From an uncultured Acidobacteriota bacterium (GTDB lineage Bacteria; Acidobacteriota; Polarisedimenticolia; J045), in the NCBI GenBank assembly GCA_963702425.1, contig CAVPCQ010000021.1, forward strand, positions 32,001 to 96,000: a stretch of 64,000 bases of DNA, read 5' to 3'. Both the position numbers and the translations under genes were made by a program. The notes under the pieces are model-generated. The model did no database searches. It was given only the letters and a program-made list of their open reading frames with translations, and had not been told where the DNA came from. Shown piece by piece: positions 47,501-56,749 of the stretch. Within the stretch, counting starts at the first letter, position 1, and every line of letters begins with the position of its first letter.

Positions 47501-50500
47501 ACCGGCGTCGTGTCGCTCGGCGGGATGATACCGGGCGGGTCGGAGACGCCGGGGGTGTACGACCAGTTGAACCCGACGAGGTAGGCACCGGTCGGCGCGT
47601 TGAGCGGCACGTCGGTGTCGATGTCGAAGTCCGTGAAGCTGTTCACGGTGAAGCCGGTAGCCACCTGAACGCCATTCCCCAGCGCGGGGATGTAGCTCAC
47701 GTTGCTGAGCAGCGAACTGCCGTTCAACGCGGTGAAGCCGGTGCCGACGACGTTGATCGTCAGCGGCTCGGCCGTCACGCCGTCGCCGCGGCTGGTGTGC
47801 GCCCACTCGCCGGGGAAGACTCCGACGAGGCCCGGGCTGTTCGCGTCCGCCGTGGTGTTCACATCGGTGACGTCGGCGAACGGGATGATGTAGACGGTCT
47901 GGTTGAGCGCCTCGTCCCAACTGTTGATCGACGGGTTGTAGACGCGAACCGTCAGCTCGTGCGCGCCGGAGAGGGTCGTCGGCGGGTAGTTGACGGTCGC
48001 GCGCAGCTCGCCGCCCGAGATGAACGAGGTGAGGCCTTCGGCGCCGAGGGCGCCGACGTTGACGCAGCCGGCCGCGTCGGCACCGACGAGGCTGATGCCG
48101 CCCGCCGGCTGGGTCACGTCGGTGATGCAGATCACCGTGAACTGGTTGTTGAGCGCGAACGGAACCGGCGGCGGGGCGGTGTCGCCCTGCTGGCCGTAGG
48201 TCGGCCAGCCGAACGGCGAGGTGTCGTCGTCCACGGCCGTCGCACCGCTCTCGTTGACGCGGCCGGAACGGAAGTTGGCGCCGAAGGCGGCGAGTTCGCG
48301 GGTGAAGAGCGCGTTCGTGATCTGCACGACGTTCTGGTTGCCCGCGACGGTCATGTCGGTGTCCACGCCCGTGTCGAACACATCCACGGACGGGAAGACC
48401 TGGAGGCCGGGCCGCAGGGCCAGCGGCAGCACGAAGACGCCACCCGTCAGTTCGATGTCGTAGACGTAGGTGTCAGCGACCGCGGGGGTCGGGATCGTGA
48501 TCACCGCGTCGATCGTCGAGCCGTCGACCAGCGTCAGCGAGTCGACGGTGATCGCGGGCGCGTTGCCGGCGTTGGCGCCGACCGGGAGGAAGCTGGCGGT
48601 TTCGCCGCCGACGAAGACCGGGAAGCCGACGCCCTTCAGGCGAACCGTCCGGGTCGTGTAACCGGCCACGTCCCGGCCGGCGTCGACGTTGTAGTCGGCG
48701 CGCGCCCAGTTGGGCGCGCAGGTCGTCGCGTTGGTCGGGTTGTAGCCGCCCGGCAGCGCGAAGCCCAGGAGCTGGCGGTTGACCGTGAGCTCGTTGAAGT
48801 GCGCCGCAAGGTCGGCACCTTCTTCGATCATCACCTGCCATTCGAGCTGCTGGACGTTGGCGATCGGTCCCTGGATGCCGGAGGGGTTCGGGATCACGCC
48901 GTTCGAGCAGGGTGTCGTCACCCCGGGCGGGTACGCGAGATCCAGCAGATGCCGGCGGTCGATGGTGCCGCTGCCCGGATCGTCGCTGTCCAGCGGGAGG
49001 GACTCGATGTCGACCCAGTTGCTCCAGTCGCTGTAGGGGTTGCCGGTCGCGGTGGTCGCCGTCCGGAAGCGGAAGTAGATCTTCCCGCCGCTGCCGTAGT
49101 CGATCGAGAAGCGGAGGTTGTGTACGTCACCTGGAGTGATGCCGAAATCGACGATGCTCGAGTACTCCGACGCGTCCGCAGTGGTGGCCGTCACGCCGAC
49201 GAGCGACGGGGTGAGGTTGAGCTGGAAGATCGAGTTCAGCGCGCCGCCGTTGACGTCGAGTCCGCCGGGCGCATAGATGTTCCCGTTGTAGGCGACACCG
49301 TTGACGTCGCCGTCCCCGGCGAGGCCCACGAAGTTGATCAGCGTCGGCGGAACGACGATCTCGCTGAAGCTGCCGAGCGCGCCGTTGCCGAGGATCTGCG
49401 CGCGCTCGACCGAGGTGTAGACGGTCGTGGCGAGCAGCGTCTTGTTGAAGCCGCCGATCAGGTACACGTAGCCGTTCGCGACGACCGCCGCGAACAGCTC
49501 GCGCTGCCGCTCGGTCTCGATGATGTTCCCCTGCGCGTCACGGGGGTAGTTCCACCCCACACCGGCGGGCGGGTAGACCGGGTCCGGATCGTAGAGGGCC
49601 TGCGTGTCGTTGTTGATCGCCAGGTAGTAGATGAAGCGGGTCGCGCCGATCAGCTCCTGGCCGGTGTTGCCGCCGATGTAGTAGAGGTACGTCGTCGTCG
49701 TGTCGTACGACGCCGCGACGGCGAACCGTCCGCCGCCGGTCGGCAGCGGCAGGCTGGGCAGAATCTCCCACCCCGCGCCTTCGAACTCGCCGTTCGGCAG
49801 CAACTGCGCGCGCGCGACGAGGTCGCTGTTGGTCTGGCTCGCGCTGCGCGGGGTGAGCGAACCGCCGGCGATGTACAGCCAGCCGTTGACGATCGCCGCG
49901 GCCTGGTCGCCCACGCCGGCGGGCATCGTCAGGGACATCGTCGTCGCGCCGACGAGGTTGCCCGTCGCGTCGATCGTGAAGCGCTCGATGTCGTTGATCG
50001 GCACGCCGCCGTTGCCGTAGCCGCCGATCACGTAGATGTAGTCGTTCCACGCGACGACGGCGGCGCCATAGCGCGCCGTAGACAGGTTGCCGGCCAACGA
50101 TCCGCCGACGGGCGGGAAGAGGCTCCCGTCCGGGGAGATCGCGGCGCGCTCGATCGTGTCGATCGGATTCGTGCCGTTGAGGCCGCCGACGACGTACACG
50201 CACTGGTTCGCGGTGCGGTTCGGCTGAGGCGGCAGCAACAGCGGGCAGCGGGCGATGACGGCGCCCGCGCCCTCGCGCGGTGTGTTCAGCACGAACGCCT
50301 GGAAGAAGTTGCCCAACGCGACGGTCGGATCCGTCTGCGCCGCGCGCCCGATGTATCCGGAGACCAAGTCCCCTTCGGGCGGCGGCGGGCTCGTGACGAC
50401 CACGTCGCCATTGGTGGTGTAGCCGCGAACGCCGAAATCGTTGTCGGTCGTGACCGTTGTCGTCGGGGCCGCGGCAGCCAGCACGAAGCCGCCGAACGCC

Positions 50501-50568
50501 AGCGTAAGCACGCAGGCAACCACGGCGGCCCCGATGCTCGTGAGACCTCGCCCTCTCCTAACTACCAT
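44578..50568 (-). CDS. ~2000-aa secreted surface protein: Kelch-type propeller, many IPT/TIG-like Ig repeats, two C-terminal FN3 domains
   Basis: AGGAG RBS and ATG at 50568; signal peptide; YVVGG/YVIGG/YIAGG/YYIGG/YLIGG/YAPGG Kelch blades; repeated ITG.NF...G.Y...VTN; FQDNATNETGFVIEQS FN3. Confidence 0.85.
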   Translation of the reverse strand: MVVRRGRGLTSIGAAVVACVLTLAFGGFVLAAAAPTTTVTTDNDFGVRGYTTNGDVVVTSPPPPEGDLVSGYIGRAAQTDPTVALGNFFQAFVLNTPREGAGAVIARCPLLLPPQPNRTANQCVYVVGGLNGTNPIDTIERAAISPDGSLFPPVGGSLAGNLSTARYGAAVVAWNDYIYVIGGYGNGGVPINDIERFTIDATGNLVGATTMSLTMPAGVGDQAAAIVNGWLYIAGGSLTPRSASQTNSDLVARAQLLPNGEFEGAGWEILPSLPLPTGGGRFAVAASYDTTTTYLYYIGGNTGQELIGATRFIYYLAINNDTQALYDPDPVYPPAGVGWNYPRDAQGNIIETERQRELFAAVVANGYVYLIGGFNKTLLATTVYTSVERAQILGNGALGSFSEIVVPPTLINFVGLAGDGDVNGVAYNGNIYAPGGLDVNGGALNSIFQLNLTPSLVGVTATTADASEYSSIVDFGITPGDVHNLRFSIDYGSGGKIYFRFRTATTATGNPYSDWSNWVDIESLPLDSDDPGSGTIDRRHLLDLAYPPGVTTPCSNGVIPNPSGIQGPIANVQQLEWQVMIEEGADLAAHFNELTVNRQLLGFALPGGYNPTNATTCAPNWARADYNVDAGRDVAGYTTRTVRLKGVGFPVFVGGETASFLPVGANAGNAPAITVDSLTLVDGSTIDAVITIPTPAVADTYVYDIELTGGVFVLPLALRPGLQVFPSVDVFDTGVDTDMTVAGNQNVVQITNALFTRELAAFGANFRSGRVNESGATAVDDDTSPFGWPTYGQQGDTAPPPVPFALNNQFTVICITDVTQPAGGISLVGADAAGCVNVGALGAEGLTSFISGGELRATVNYPPTTLSGAHELTVRVYNPSINSWDEALNQTVYIIPFADVTDVNTTADANSPGLVGVFPGEWAHTSRGDGVTAEPLTINVVGTGFTALNGSSLLSNVSYIPALGNGVQVATGFTVNSFTDFDIDTDVPLNAPTGAYLVGFNWSYTPGVSDPPGIIPPSDTTPVSYVWPTQAPTDRTAEAYAEELGVYVDPPPPSVDSVFGNNCLGSIALLQGQPAEVKVNGNGFAVDLPVFPTSAVLSITLKSTVDPSEDLLATSWTVLSDRQLVAYFNVPPTQRAGQLYYLEIVTTIAPPVVWPAGAPLAPTSPLIVVVATPTCGGAVRVGSNCLFGVPGEEPFQVEITGSNFGFGTTVDFGPGVTVLEKVVYRDDLPIGPTDGNSGNRMVLLVSVSAEAAAGSYTVTVSNGETCGLNQSCTLATKFVVVPAPTVSGIQPSQIQQPSLTQGQLVTTIDIYGTNFTPGSSVTIGFDKGSAITVNNTIFIDSGHLKAELVIDANTPPGPYVVVVTTPSGTDCADGPTARGEITITVKPEIFCETVTPDQVVLGGPPTAITITGKGFEGFTQMAVANGNAIYELSISDETDQVNSITGILTPPPFAGFNYNLLGENWDVILRNPSTGAILSCQDNFAIFAGTTITDFVAGAGPPIVCQGQVLDNLQVFGTNFLPNLGPANVSFGPAVQTRAVRVVSPTELSIDVSITDGVNSIGSHALTITNPLPDGSSATLPNAVIVAAVPTVSGISDATIAQGTSQAITITGSNFVPGTTVSITPTEGGVFIQPNSTTVVSESQITTTLVSTNVSVPGTYSLVVTAPPPVVTDPPTPIPSCSVFTFQNSITNVAAPKIIRVDPSTVGAGMQNVNVTITGSGFQPGAQVFLDYEGEGEVQFCEGGSMIYVRPGGGFIDPTRIVVCVNVDENAFPRFIGLEVVNPDGGTATAFDKFSISVANQPTPPSDLSAELFPKGKVTLTFQDNATNETGFVIEQSVNGGAWKVVKNLKANRGISTMTCTLTGLKAGNNYDYQVRAVNKSNGNIASPAASLNSSVTVDPKLTGKPGIELLEYICDEKSSFCGVLIEWSAPSGGLARSYSILRSTKGGPFVSIFAVDGAVTDYVDDDVVTGTSYSYKIEARNNYNTVVSGAKKIKP

Positions 50569-50743
50569 CTCATCTCTCCTTTCGCTTGCACCCCCAAACA
50601 ACAAGGCATCTTGTCCAAGGAACGAACGGCCTCCCGAGGCCGGGCGGCCACCCGCCTTCCCTGGCAAAGTCGACCCCCGCGGCACGGTCGCGCCACGCGA
50701 TGGGGGCCTTTCTGCGGGGTAATACATGCCTGCATCCTGCGTG

Positions 50744-50772
50744 ATTCAACCAAATCCGAACAAAGGTGTCAA
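50744..50772 (-). promoter_or_regulatory. Possible sigma70 promoter for the surface-protein gene
   Basis: Minus strand TTGACA-17 bp-TTGAAT within an AT-enriched intergenic stretch; the -10 is weak. Confidence 0.4.
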
Positions 50773-51321
50773 TTGCACGCCAAGCAAAATAACCGGTCAG
50801 GTCCAGCCACGGGAAGTCCGTTTCCTCCGTGAAACCAACCGATTGGGCCTCTCGGAACCCCGGGCGCTTCTCAGGTGCGGGCTAGGTAGGGTTCGGCGCC
50901 AAACATGGGGTCCGGCGCGTCGAGGAGCAAGGTCGGCTCCGGCGCTATGTCCTTCCTGGAACTGGTTGACAGTCGGTCTTCCCCCTCAACCGGGTCGGGC
51001 GTGGCTTGCAGCATACACTTCCCCGGTGGGCTGCCACAACCTCCGTGGGGAATCCCCGCGGTCCCGCCGGAACCCGCTCTCGGCGGGACTTTTCCAAAGC
51101 GTGCCGGGAGGGCTATGAGCCGCCCCGGCCGGGGATCATGCCCCCCCGGTACCTACCCGTCCATTTCTCCGCCGACCGCCCGTCGGCCCGGCTCGACCGC
51201 TCGGGCGGGGGGGCCTCCCGTCCGCCCCCGGTCTCGCGCCCGCCCGGCGGCTTGAAACGGGCCCCGGGTTGCGGGCATGGTTCCGGCGGCCCGGACTGCC
51301 GGGCCCAGAGGAGGGACAGCC

Positions 51322-52689
51322 GTGGAGTTCCGCGCGATCAACCCGGCCACCGGGCACCCCCTGTCGCGCGCCTTCGCCGCCGACGACGATGCGACGCTCG
51401 AGCGGAAGCTCGAGCGCTCGGCCGCTGCGGCCATCGCGTGGCGAAGGGCGCCTTTCGCAGCGCGCGCGCAGGTGCTGCGCCGCGCGGCGGAGGTGCTCGG
51501 CGCACGGCGCGAGGAGTTCGCGCGGCTGATGGCGGAGGAGATGGGCAAGCCGGTCGCGCAGGGACTGTCCGAAGCCGACAAGTGCGCGTGGGTCTGCCGC
51601 TATTACGCCGACCACGGCGAAGCGCACCTGGCGCCGGAGACGATCGCGACCGACGCCAGCGCGAGCACCGTGCGCTTCGATCCGCTCGGCGCCGTGCTGG
51701 CGGTGATGCCGTGGAACTTCCCGTTCTGGCAGGTTTTCCGTTTCGCCGCGCCGGCGCTGATGGCCGGCAACGTCGGCCTGCTCAAGCACGCTTCGAACGT
51801 GCCGGGCTGCGCGGTGGCGATCGAGCAGGTCTTCCGCGCCGCGGGCCTCCCTGACGGCTGTTTCCAGGCGCTGCTGATCGCGGGGGCACGGGCCGAGCAG
51901 CTGGTCGGCGACCCACGCATCGCGGCGGTCACGCTCACCGGCAGCGAGCCCGCGGGGATGGCGGTTGCCGCAGCGGCCGGTCGCGCCCTCAAGAAGGTCG
52001 TGCTCGAGCTCGGCGGTTCGGATCCCTTCGTCGTATTCGACGACGCCGACGTTCCGCGCGCCGCGGAGGTCGCGGTGACGGCGCGCATGCTCAACTCCGG
52101 CCAGAGCTGCATCGCCGCCAAGCGCTTCCTGCTGCACTCCTCGATCGCGGAGCCGTTCACGCGGCGGATGGTCGAGCGCGTGCGCGCGCTGCGAGTCGGT
52201 GACCCGCTCGATCCCGAAACCGAGGTCGGGCCGCTGGCCCGTGAAGACCTGCTCGCGGAGCTGAACCAGCAGGTGGCGGACAGCCTGGCGGAGGGCGCGC
52301 GCTGTCTCGTCGGCGGCGGCCGGCTCGACCGCCCCGGTTTCTTCTATGCGCCGACCGTGCTGGAAGAGGTCTGGCCCGGCCTTCCCGTGGCTTCCGAGGA
52401 GACCTTCGGCCCGGTCGCGGCGCTGATGTCGTTCGACACCGACGACGAGGCCGTCGCGCTGGCCAACGGCACCCCGTTCGGGCTGGGCGCGAGCCTCTGG
52501 ACGAGCGACCTCGACCGCGGCCGGCGGCTGGCCGCGGCGATCGAGGCCGGCTCGGTCTTCATCAACGGAATGGTCAAGTCCGACCCGCGGCTGCCGTTCG
52601 GCGGCGTCAAGCGCTCGGGCTTCGGCCGCGAGCTGGGCCGCGAGGGGATCCGCGAGTTCGTCAACGTCAAGACGGTGTGGGTGGGCTGA
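51322..52689 (+). CDS. NAD(P)-dependent succinate-semialdehyde dehydrogenase (Sad/GabD-like)
   Basis: MPWNFPFWQ, KHASNVP, TLTGS, LELGGSD, NSGQSCIAAKR, EETFGPV, PFGGVKRSG. Confidence 0.92.
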   Translation: MEFRAINPATGHPLSRAFAADDDATLERKLERSAAAAIAWRRAPFAARAQVLRRAAEVLGARREEFARLMAEEMGKPVAQGLSEADKCAWVCRYYADHGEAHLAPETIATDASASTVRFDPLGAVLAVMPWNFPFWQVFRFAAPALMAGNVGLLKHASNVPGCAVAIEQVFRAAGLPDGCFQALLIAGARAEQLVGDPRIAAVTLTGSEPAGMAVAAAAGRALKKVVLELGGSDPFVVFDDADVPRAAEVAVTARMLNSGQSCIAAKRFLLHSSIAEPFTRRMVERVRALRVGDPLDPETEVGPLAREDLLAELNQQVADSLAEGARCLVGGGRLDRPGFFYAPTVLEEVWPGLPVASEETFGPVAALMSFDTDDEAVALANGTPFGLGASLWTSDLDRGRRLAAAIEAGSVFINGMVKSDPRLPFGGVKRSGFGRELGREGIREFVNVKTVWVG

Positions 52690-53431
52690 GGCGCGCCCTT
52701 CCGAGCAGCGTCTCGAACTCCGCTTGCGTCGCCGGCAGGTTCATCGCCAGTGGCACGAAGCCGACGCCGCTGCGCAGCAGGGCCAGCGACACCGACTGCC
52801 CCGGCCGGAATTCGCCCTCGAACCCGACCGGACAGCGCACCGGCTCGAGCCGGACCTCGTTCGCCCGCACCGCGAGCACGCGCCCGGAGACGCGCTCCAC
52901 CAAGTAGTGGCCGACGTTCATTTCGTCCTGCGAGGCGAACAGGAAGGGAGAACTGGCAAGCTCGACCGCGGCCTGCAGGCGCTCGTGACGAACCAGCGCG
53001 GCTCGGGCGCAGCGGAAGTGCCCGCGGAAGAGGGCGAGGTCGGTCGCCGTGGCCAGCCCTTCCGCGCCCAGCCAGCGAACGAGCCGGGGTGCCTCGGCGG
53101 AGAAGGCGAGCAGGACCCCGTGGCCGGCGAGGACGCTGAAGGGGAAGAGCCGAGAACACGGTCCCAGCAGCCGGGCGAGGCAGCCCGCGCCGAGCAGGTC
53201 GCGGGCCGCCCGGGGGCTGCCCCGCTCGAGCCGCCGCCTCGTCAACGGATCGAGCAGCTCGGGGCCCATCTGGTCCAGGAACTGGACGACCAGTTCGAGC
53301 GCGGCCGAGACCCCGCGGGTCTCGCCCTCACCGCTCTCGGCCAGCCGGGTCGTGGCGTAGCGCGCGAGCGCTTCCCCTGCGGTGACGGTGCGGTCCTCGG
53401 TGAACGGCTGCGGTTTCCCGGTCGCTGGCAT
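52667..53431 (-). CDS. Hypothetical protein
   Basis: GAGGGGAG RBS; protein-like composition with a helical N-half and beta-rich C-half; no motif recognised. Confidence 0.6.
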   Translation of the reverse strand: MPATGKPQPFTEDRTVTAGEALARYATTRLAESGEGETRGVSAALELVVQFLDQMGPELLDPLTRRRLERGSPRAARDLLGAGCLARLLGPCSRLFPFSVLAGHGVLLAFSAEAPRLVRWLGAEGLATATDLALFRGHFRCARAALVRHERLQAAVELASSPFLFASQDEMNVGHYLVERVSGRVLAVRANEVRLEPVRCPVGFEGEFRPGQSVSLALLRSGVGFVPLAMNLPATQAEFETLLGRARLSPPTPS

Positions 53432-53577
53432 CGGCTCCCCCTCTCCCCCGCCGTGCTGGACCCGCGGCGGAACCGGGGGAAGGTAGCCGGACCCGGCAGT
53501 GGTCGGCCGCCCGGCGTGAGGGCGTTCGTCCCCGGTGCGGGATCTCCCGCGCGCGGGATGCCGCGCCGCGGGCGAGC

Positions 53578-53606
53578 TTGACGCGGCGGGGGGCTGGCCG
53601 TAGGCT
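53578..53606 (+). promoter_or_regulatory. Sigma70 promoter of the tRNA pair
   Basis: TTGACG-17 bp-TAGGCT, 11 bp upstream of tRNA-Val. Confidence 0.75.
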
Positions 53607-53617
53607 CTCCGCTTCGC

Positions 53618-53693
53618 GGGCGGCTAGCTCAGCTGGGAGAGCACCTGCCTTACACGCAGGGGGTCACTGGTTCGAGCCCGGTGCCGCCCACCA
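53618..53693 (+). tRNA. tRNA-Val(TAC)
   Basis: GGGCGGC acceptor stem, TAGCTCAGCTGGGAGAGC D arm, anticodon loop CTTACAC, GGTTCGAGCC T arm, encoded CCA. Confidence 0.97.
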
Positions 53694-53712
53694 TCTTGGA
53701 AAGTCACGCCGC

Positions 53713-53789
53713 GGGGGCGTGGTGCAGTTGGTTAGCACGCAGGCCTGTCAAGCCTGAGGTCGCGGGTTCAAGTCCCGTCGCTCCCGCCA
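53713..53789 (+). tRNA. tRNA-Asp(GTC)
   Basis: GGGGGCG acceptor stem, anticodon loop CTGTCAA, GGTTCAAGTCC T arm, GCCA end. Confidence 0.97.
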
Positions 53790-53837
53790 ATCATCTTCCG
53801 CGTGCCCTTCGCGATCTTGCCGGGCCGCGGCGCGCCC

Positions 53838-54293
53838 TCACTGCAGCCGTTTGATGATGTGCCAGCCGTACGGCGAGTCCGGGTCGTTCCACTCCGCGAT
53901 CCCGATCTCGCCCGGCTTGAGCGAGAAGCTCACGTCGCCGAACGCCTTGACCATCCCGTAGCGCGAGTAGAACCCCTTCGGCACCTGCTCGGCGTCGCAC
54001 ATCTTGTAGATGCCGGGGGCGGAGTCGGCGGTGTACTTCTTCACCAGCGCAGTGAAGTCGCCCCCCTTCATCGCCTGCGCCAGCAGCTCCTGGGCCAGCT
54101 TGGCGGCCTCCTCCTTCGTGCGGGCGATCGTCTTCCCGGGGACCGAGCCCGTGAAGCCGACCAGGATGTGCTGCACCTCGATGCAGCCCTCGGGGAGCGC
54201 CGGCTTGGCGGCCGCGTTCTCGGCGGCATGCGGCGCGGGGACGGCGAGGGCCGCCAGGGCAAGCGCGGCGGCGGCGAAGCGGGTGAGCGTCAT
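53838..54293 (-). CDS. Exported parvulin-type peptidyl-prolyl isomerase
   Basis: Signal MTLTRFAAAALALAA; VQHILV, RTKEEA, MVKAF, SPYGWHIIKRL. Confidence 0.9.
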   Translation of the reverse strand: MTLTRFAAAALALAALAVPAPHAAENAAAKPALPEGCIEVQHILVGFTGSVPGKTIARTKEEAAKLAQELLAQAMKGGDFTALVKKYTADSAPGIYKMCDAEQVPKGFYSRYGMVKAFGDVSFSLKPGEIGIAEWNDPDSPYGWHIIKRLQ

Positions 54294-54444
54294 CGGGATC
54301 CTCCTCGCCGGACGCGATCGGCGACGCGGCGTGCCGCCGTTTCTAGCACGCCGCGCCGCCCGGAGGGAGGGGTAGGAGGCGGAGGCGGTCCGGCGGACCG
54401 CAAGGGAAACGGAAGGGGCCGGTCGGGCCCCTTCGCGGGGAGGC

Positions 54445-54999
54445 TCAGGGCACGTCGGGAGGACGACCGCCGAGCCAGGCGTCGACCGACTCCTGCCGCC
54501 GGTCACGGCGCTCGGCGCGTTCGGCCTGCAGCTGCTGGAGGAGCGCCTGCTGCTCGGCGGTGAGGATCGCGCGCGCCGCCAGGAACAGTTTGTGGTGCGC
54601 TACCGCGAGGGTCGCGTCGGGGGCTGCTGTGGCCTCGGCCGCCATACGCAGCTGCTCCTCGGTCGCCGCCGGGTCCTGGATCGCGGCGCGCAGCGACTCG
54701 TGCGCGTCGCGCGCGGCGTCGACCATCGCGTGCAGGCCGCCGTCCCACTCCCGCTGCAGAATCGCGCGCAACTGCTCGCGTTGGGCCACCGTGAGGTCGA
54801 GCTCGCGCATCGCGGGGCCGAGACCGAAGGGGCCGCCGCCGGGACCGCCGGGCCCGAAGCCGGGCCCGCGGCCGTGGCCACCGCCCGCGCCGCGGCCCGA
54901 ACCGGAACCGGCCCCGCCCGCTGCTATCGCCGCCCCGGCGAGCAGGGCCACCAGGGTCAGGATCATCACTGCCGGGATCGTCAACTTCCTGCCGCTCAT
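54445..54999 (-). CDS. Spy/CpxP family periplasmic chaperone
   Basis: Signal peptide, Gly-rich linker, LDLTVAQR and ILTAEQQ (two LTxxQ motifs). Confidence 0.85.
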   Translation of the reverse strand: MSGRKLTIPAVMILTLVALLAGAAIAAGGAGSGSGRGAGGGHGRGPGFGPGGPGGGPFGLGPAMRELDLTVAQREQLRAILQREWDGGLHAMVDAARDAHESLRAAIQDPAATEEQLRMAAEATAAPDATLAVAHHKLFLAARAILTAEQQALLQQLQAERAERRDRRQESVDAWLGGRPPDVP

Positions 55000-55055
55000 C
55001 GTCGTTCTCCTTTTATCGCGGGCCGGGATGTCCGGTCCTGCCTGCGCCGAGAGAG

Positions 55056-55152
55056 AGACGGCCGGCCGGCGTCTCGGTTGACCCGACGCCCCGTCGCGCT
55101 GGCGGGGAGCCGGGATTGCCCGGCGTCAACCGCGGCCCGGCGACGGGCGTCT
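55056..55152. promoter_or_regulatory. Two divergent ECF-sigma-type promoters
   Basis: Minus strand GTCAAC-N16-CGTCT (55082..55056); plus strand GTCAAC-N17-CGTCT (55125..55152). Confidence 0.55.
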
Positions 55153-55227
55153 TCCTTCTCGAACGCGTTACATTCCGATGGGGCGGAGCGCGGCCCGGCG
55201 CGAGCCCCGCGCAAAGGAGAACCGACC

Positions 55228-55698
55228 ATGACGTCCCGTCGCACCCTGCTCCCCATCCTTCTCATTGGTGCTGCCGTCGCGACGCCCTTCGTGCTGGCCG
55301 ACGACGCGACGCGGCAGTGCCTCACCGCCGCGCGCGACGAGGTGCGCGAGTGCCGCGCCACCTGCCAGGACGGCTTCCGGTCCGCGATCGACGTCTGCCG
55401 CAGGATCGACGCGCAGTGCGGGAAGTCCTGCCGAACCCAGCGCGAAGCCTGCACCGCCGAGCCGCGCGCGGACCGCGAGCGCGCAATCCGCGCCTGCAAT
55501 GACGCCGAACGGGGGCAGGTCCAGAACTGCCGCAGCCAGTTCCCCAACGACGTCGCCGCGCGCGACCGCTGCGTCGACGCGGCGCAGATCGCCGCCTTCG
55601 TCTGCCGCGACAACGCGCGCGAGGCGGTCAACGACGAGCTTCGCGCCTGTGCCGAGAATTACCGCGGCTGCATCGACGCCTGTCCTCCCGCGCCCTGA
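55228..55698 (+). CDS. Small secreted Cys-rich helical protein (14 Cys)
   Basis: AAGGAG RBS; signal MTSRRTLLPILLIGAAVATPFVLA; repeated CxxxC and Cx10C spacing. Confidence 0.8.
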   Translation: MTSRRTLLPILLIGAAVATPFVLADDATRQCLTAARDEVRECRATCQDGFRSAIDVCRRIDAQCGKSCRTQREACTAEPRADRERAIRACNDAERGQVQNCRSQFPNDVAARDRCVDAAQIAAFVCRDNAREAVNDELRACAENYRGCIDACPPAP

Positions 55699-55749
55699 GG
55701 GGCGCCGGGTATACTCCCTCCCGGGCGCGACTGCCCGGGAGGGTTCGCG

Positions 55750-56749
55750 ATGGAATACCGCTTCCTCGGCCGCTCGGGGCTGCAGGTCTCGACGCTTTCT
55801 TTCGGAGCGTGGGTCACGTTCGGCGACCAGATCGGCGAGGACGCCGCCCTCGAGCTGATGAAGACCGCGGTCGACGCCGGCGTCAACTTCTTCGACAACG
55901 CCGAGGTCTACGCCGACGGCGACGCCGAGACGGTGATGGGCCGCGTCATCCGGAAGGCCGGGTTCAGGCGCAGCGACCTGGTGCTCTCCACCAAGATCTT
56001 CTGGGGCGGGCCCGGGGTGAACGACCGCGGGTTGTCGCGCAAGCACATCGTCGAGGGGACCGATGCCGCGCTGAAGCGGCTGCAGACCGACTACGTCGAC
56101 CTGCTCTTCTGCCACCGTCCCGATGCGCGGACCCCGGTCGAGGAGACGGTCCGCGCGATGAACGCGATCATCGCCAGCGGCCGCGCCTTCTACTGGGGCA
56201 CCTCGGAGTGGAGTGCGGCCCAGCTGATGGAGGCCCACGGGATCGCGCGCGAGCTGGGGCTGATCGGCCCGCTGATGGAGCAGCCGCAGTACAACATGTT
56301 CCACCGCGACCGCGTCGAGCGGGAGTACGCGCCGCTCTACGGGTTGATCGGCCTCGGGCTGACGATCTGGAGCCCGCTCGCCAGCGGCGTGCTGACCGGG
56401 AAGTACAACGACGGCATCCCGCCCGGCACGCGGGCGACCCTTCCGGGCTACGAGTTCCTGCACAAGCGCTTCGTCGACGACGAGGCCACGCGGCGGATCG
56501 AGAAGGTGAAGAAGCTGCAGCCGATCGCCCAGTTGCTCGGCTGCTCCCTGGCCCAGCTGGCGATCGCCTGGACGATCAAGAACCCGCACGTCAGCACGAC
56601 GATCCTCGGCGCGACGAAGGTCTCGCAGCTTGAAGGAGAACCTGGGCGCGCTCGAGGTCGCGGCGCGGATCACCCCGTCGGAGATGGAGCAGATCGAGGC
56701 GGTGCTGCAGAACCGGCCCGCGCAGGAGTTCGAGTGGCGAGGGATGTAG
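55750..56749 (+). CDS. Aldo/keto reductase (Kv-beta/YghZ-like); frameshift near 56630
   Basis: [50 protein letters not shown]; the natural C-terminus NLGALEV...EFEWRGM* lies in another frame. Confidence 0.9.

Noticed and set aside
45877-50832. Very long antisense ORFs (for example 1651 aa here, 914 aa at 1706, 953 aa at 16180)
   Set aside because: Shadow ORFs typical of high-GC codon bias; Arg/Gly/Val-rich with no motifs. The exception is the OsmC gene at the end of the 16180 ORF.
50570-51320. Known riboswitch (c-di-GMP, cobalamin, SAM) or sigma54 promoter in the long intergenic region
   Set aside because: I could not match the consensus elements by eye, and the GG/GC spacing is wrong for sigma54. 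An Infernal search is needed.
53618-53838. tRNA pair as an integration site for an island or prophage
   Set aside because: No integrase, no duplicated tRNA 3' end seen, and ordinary flanking genes.
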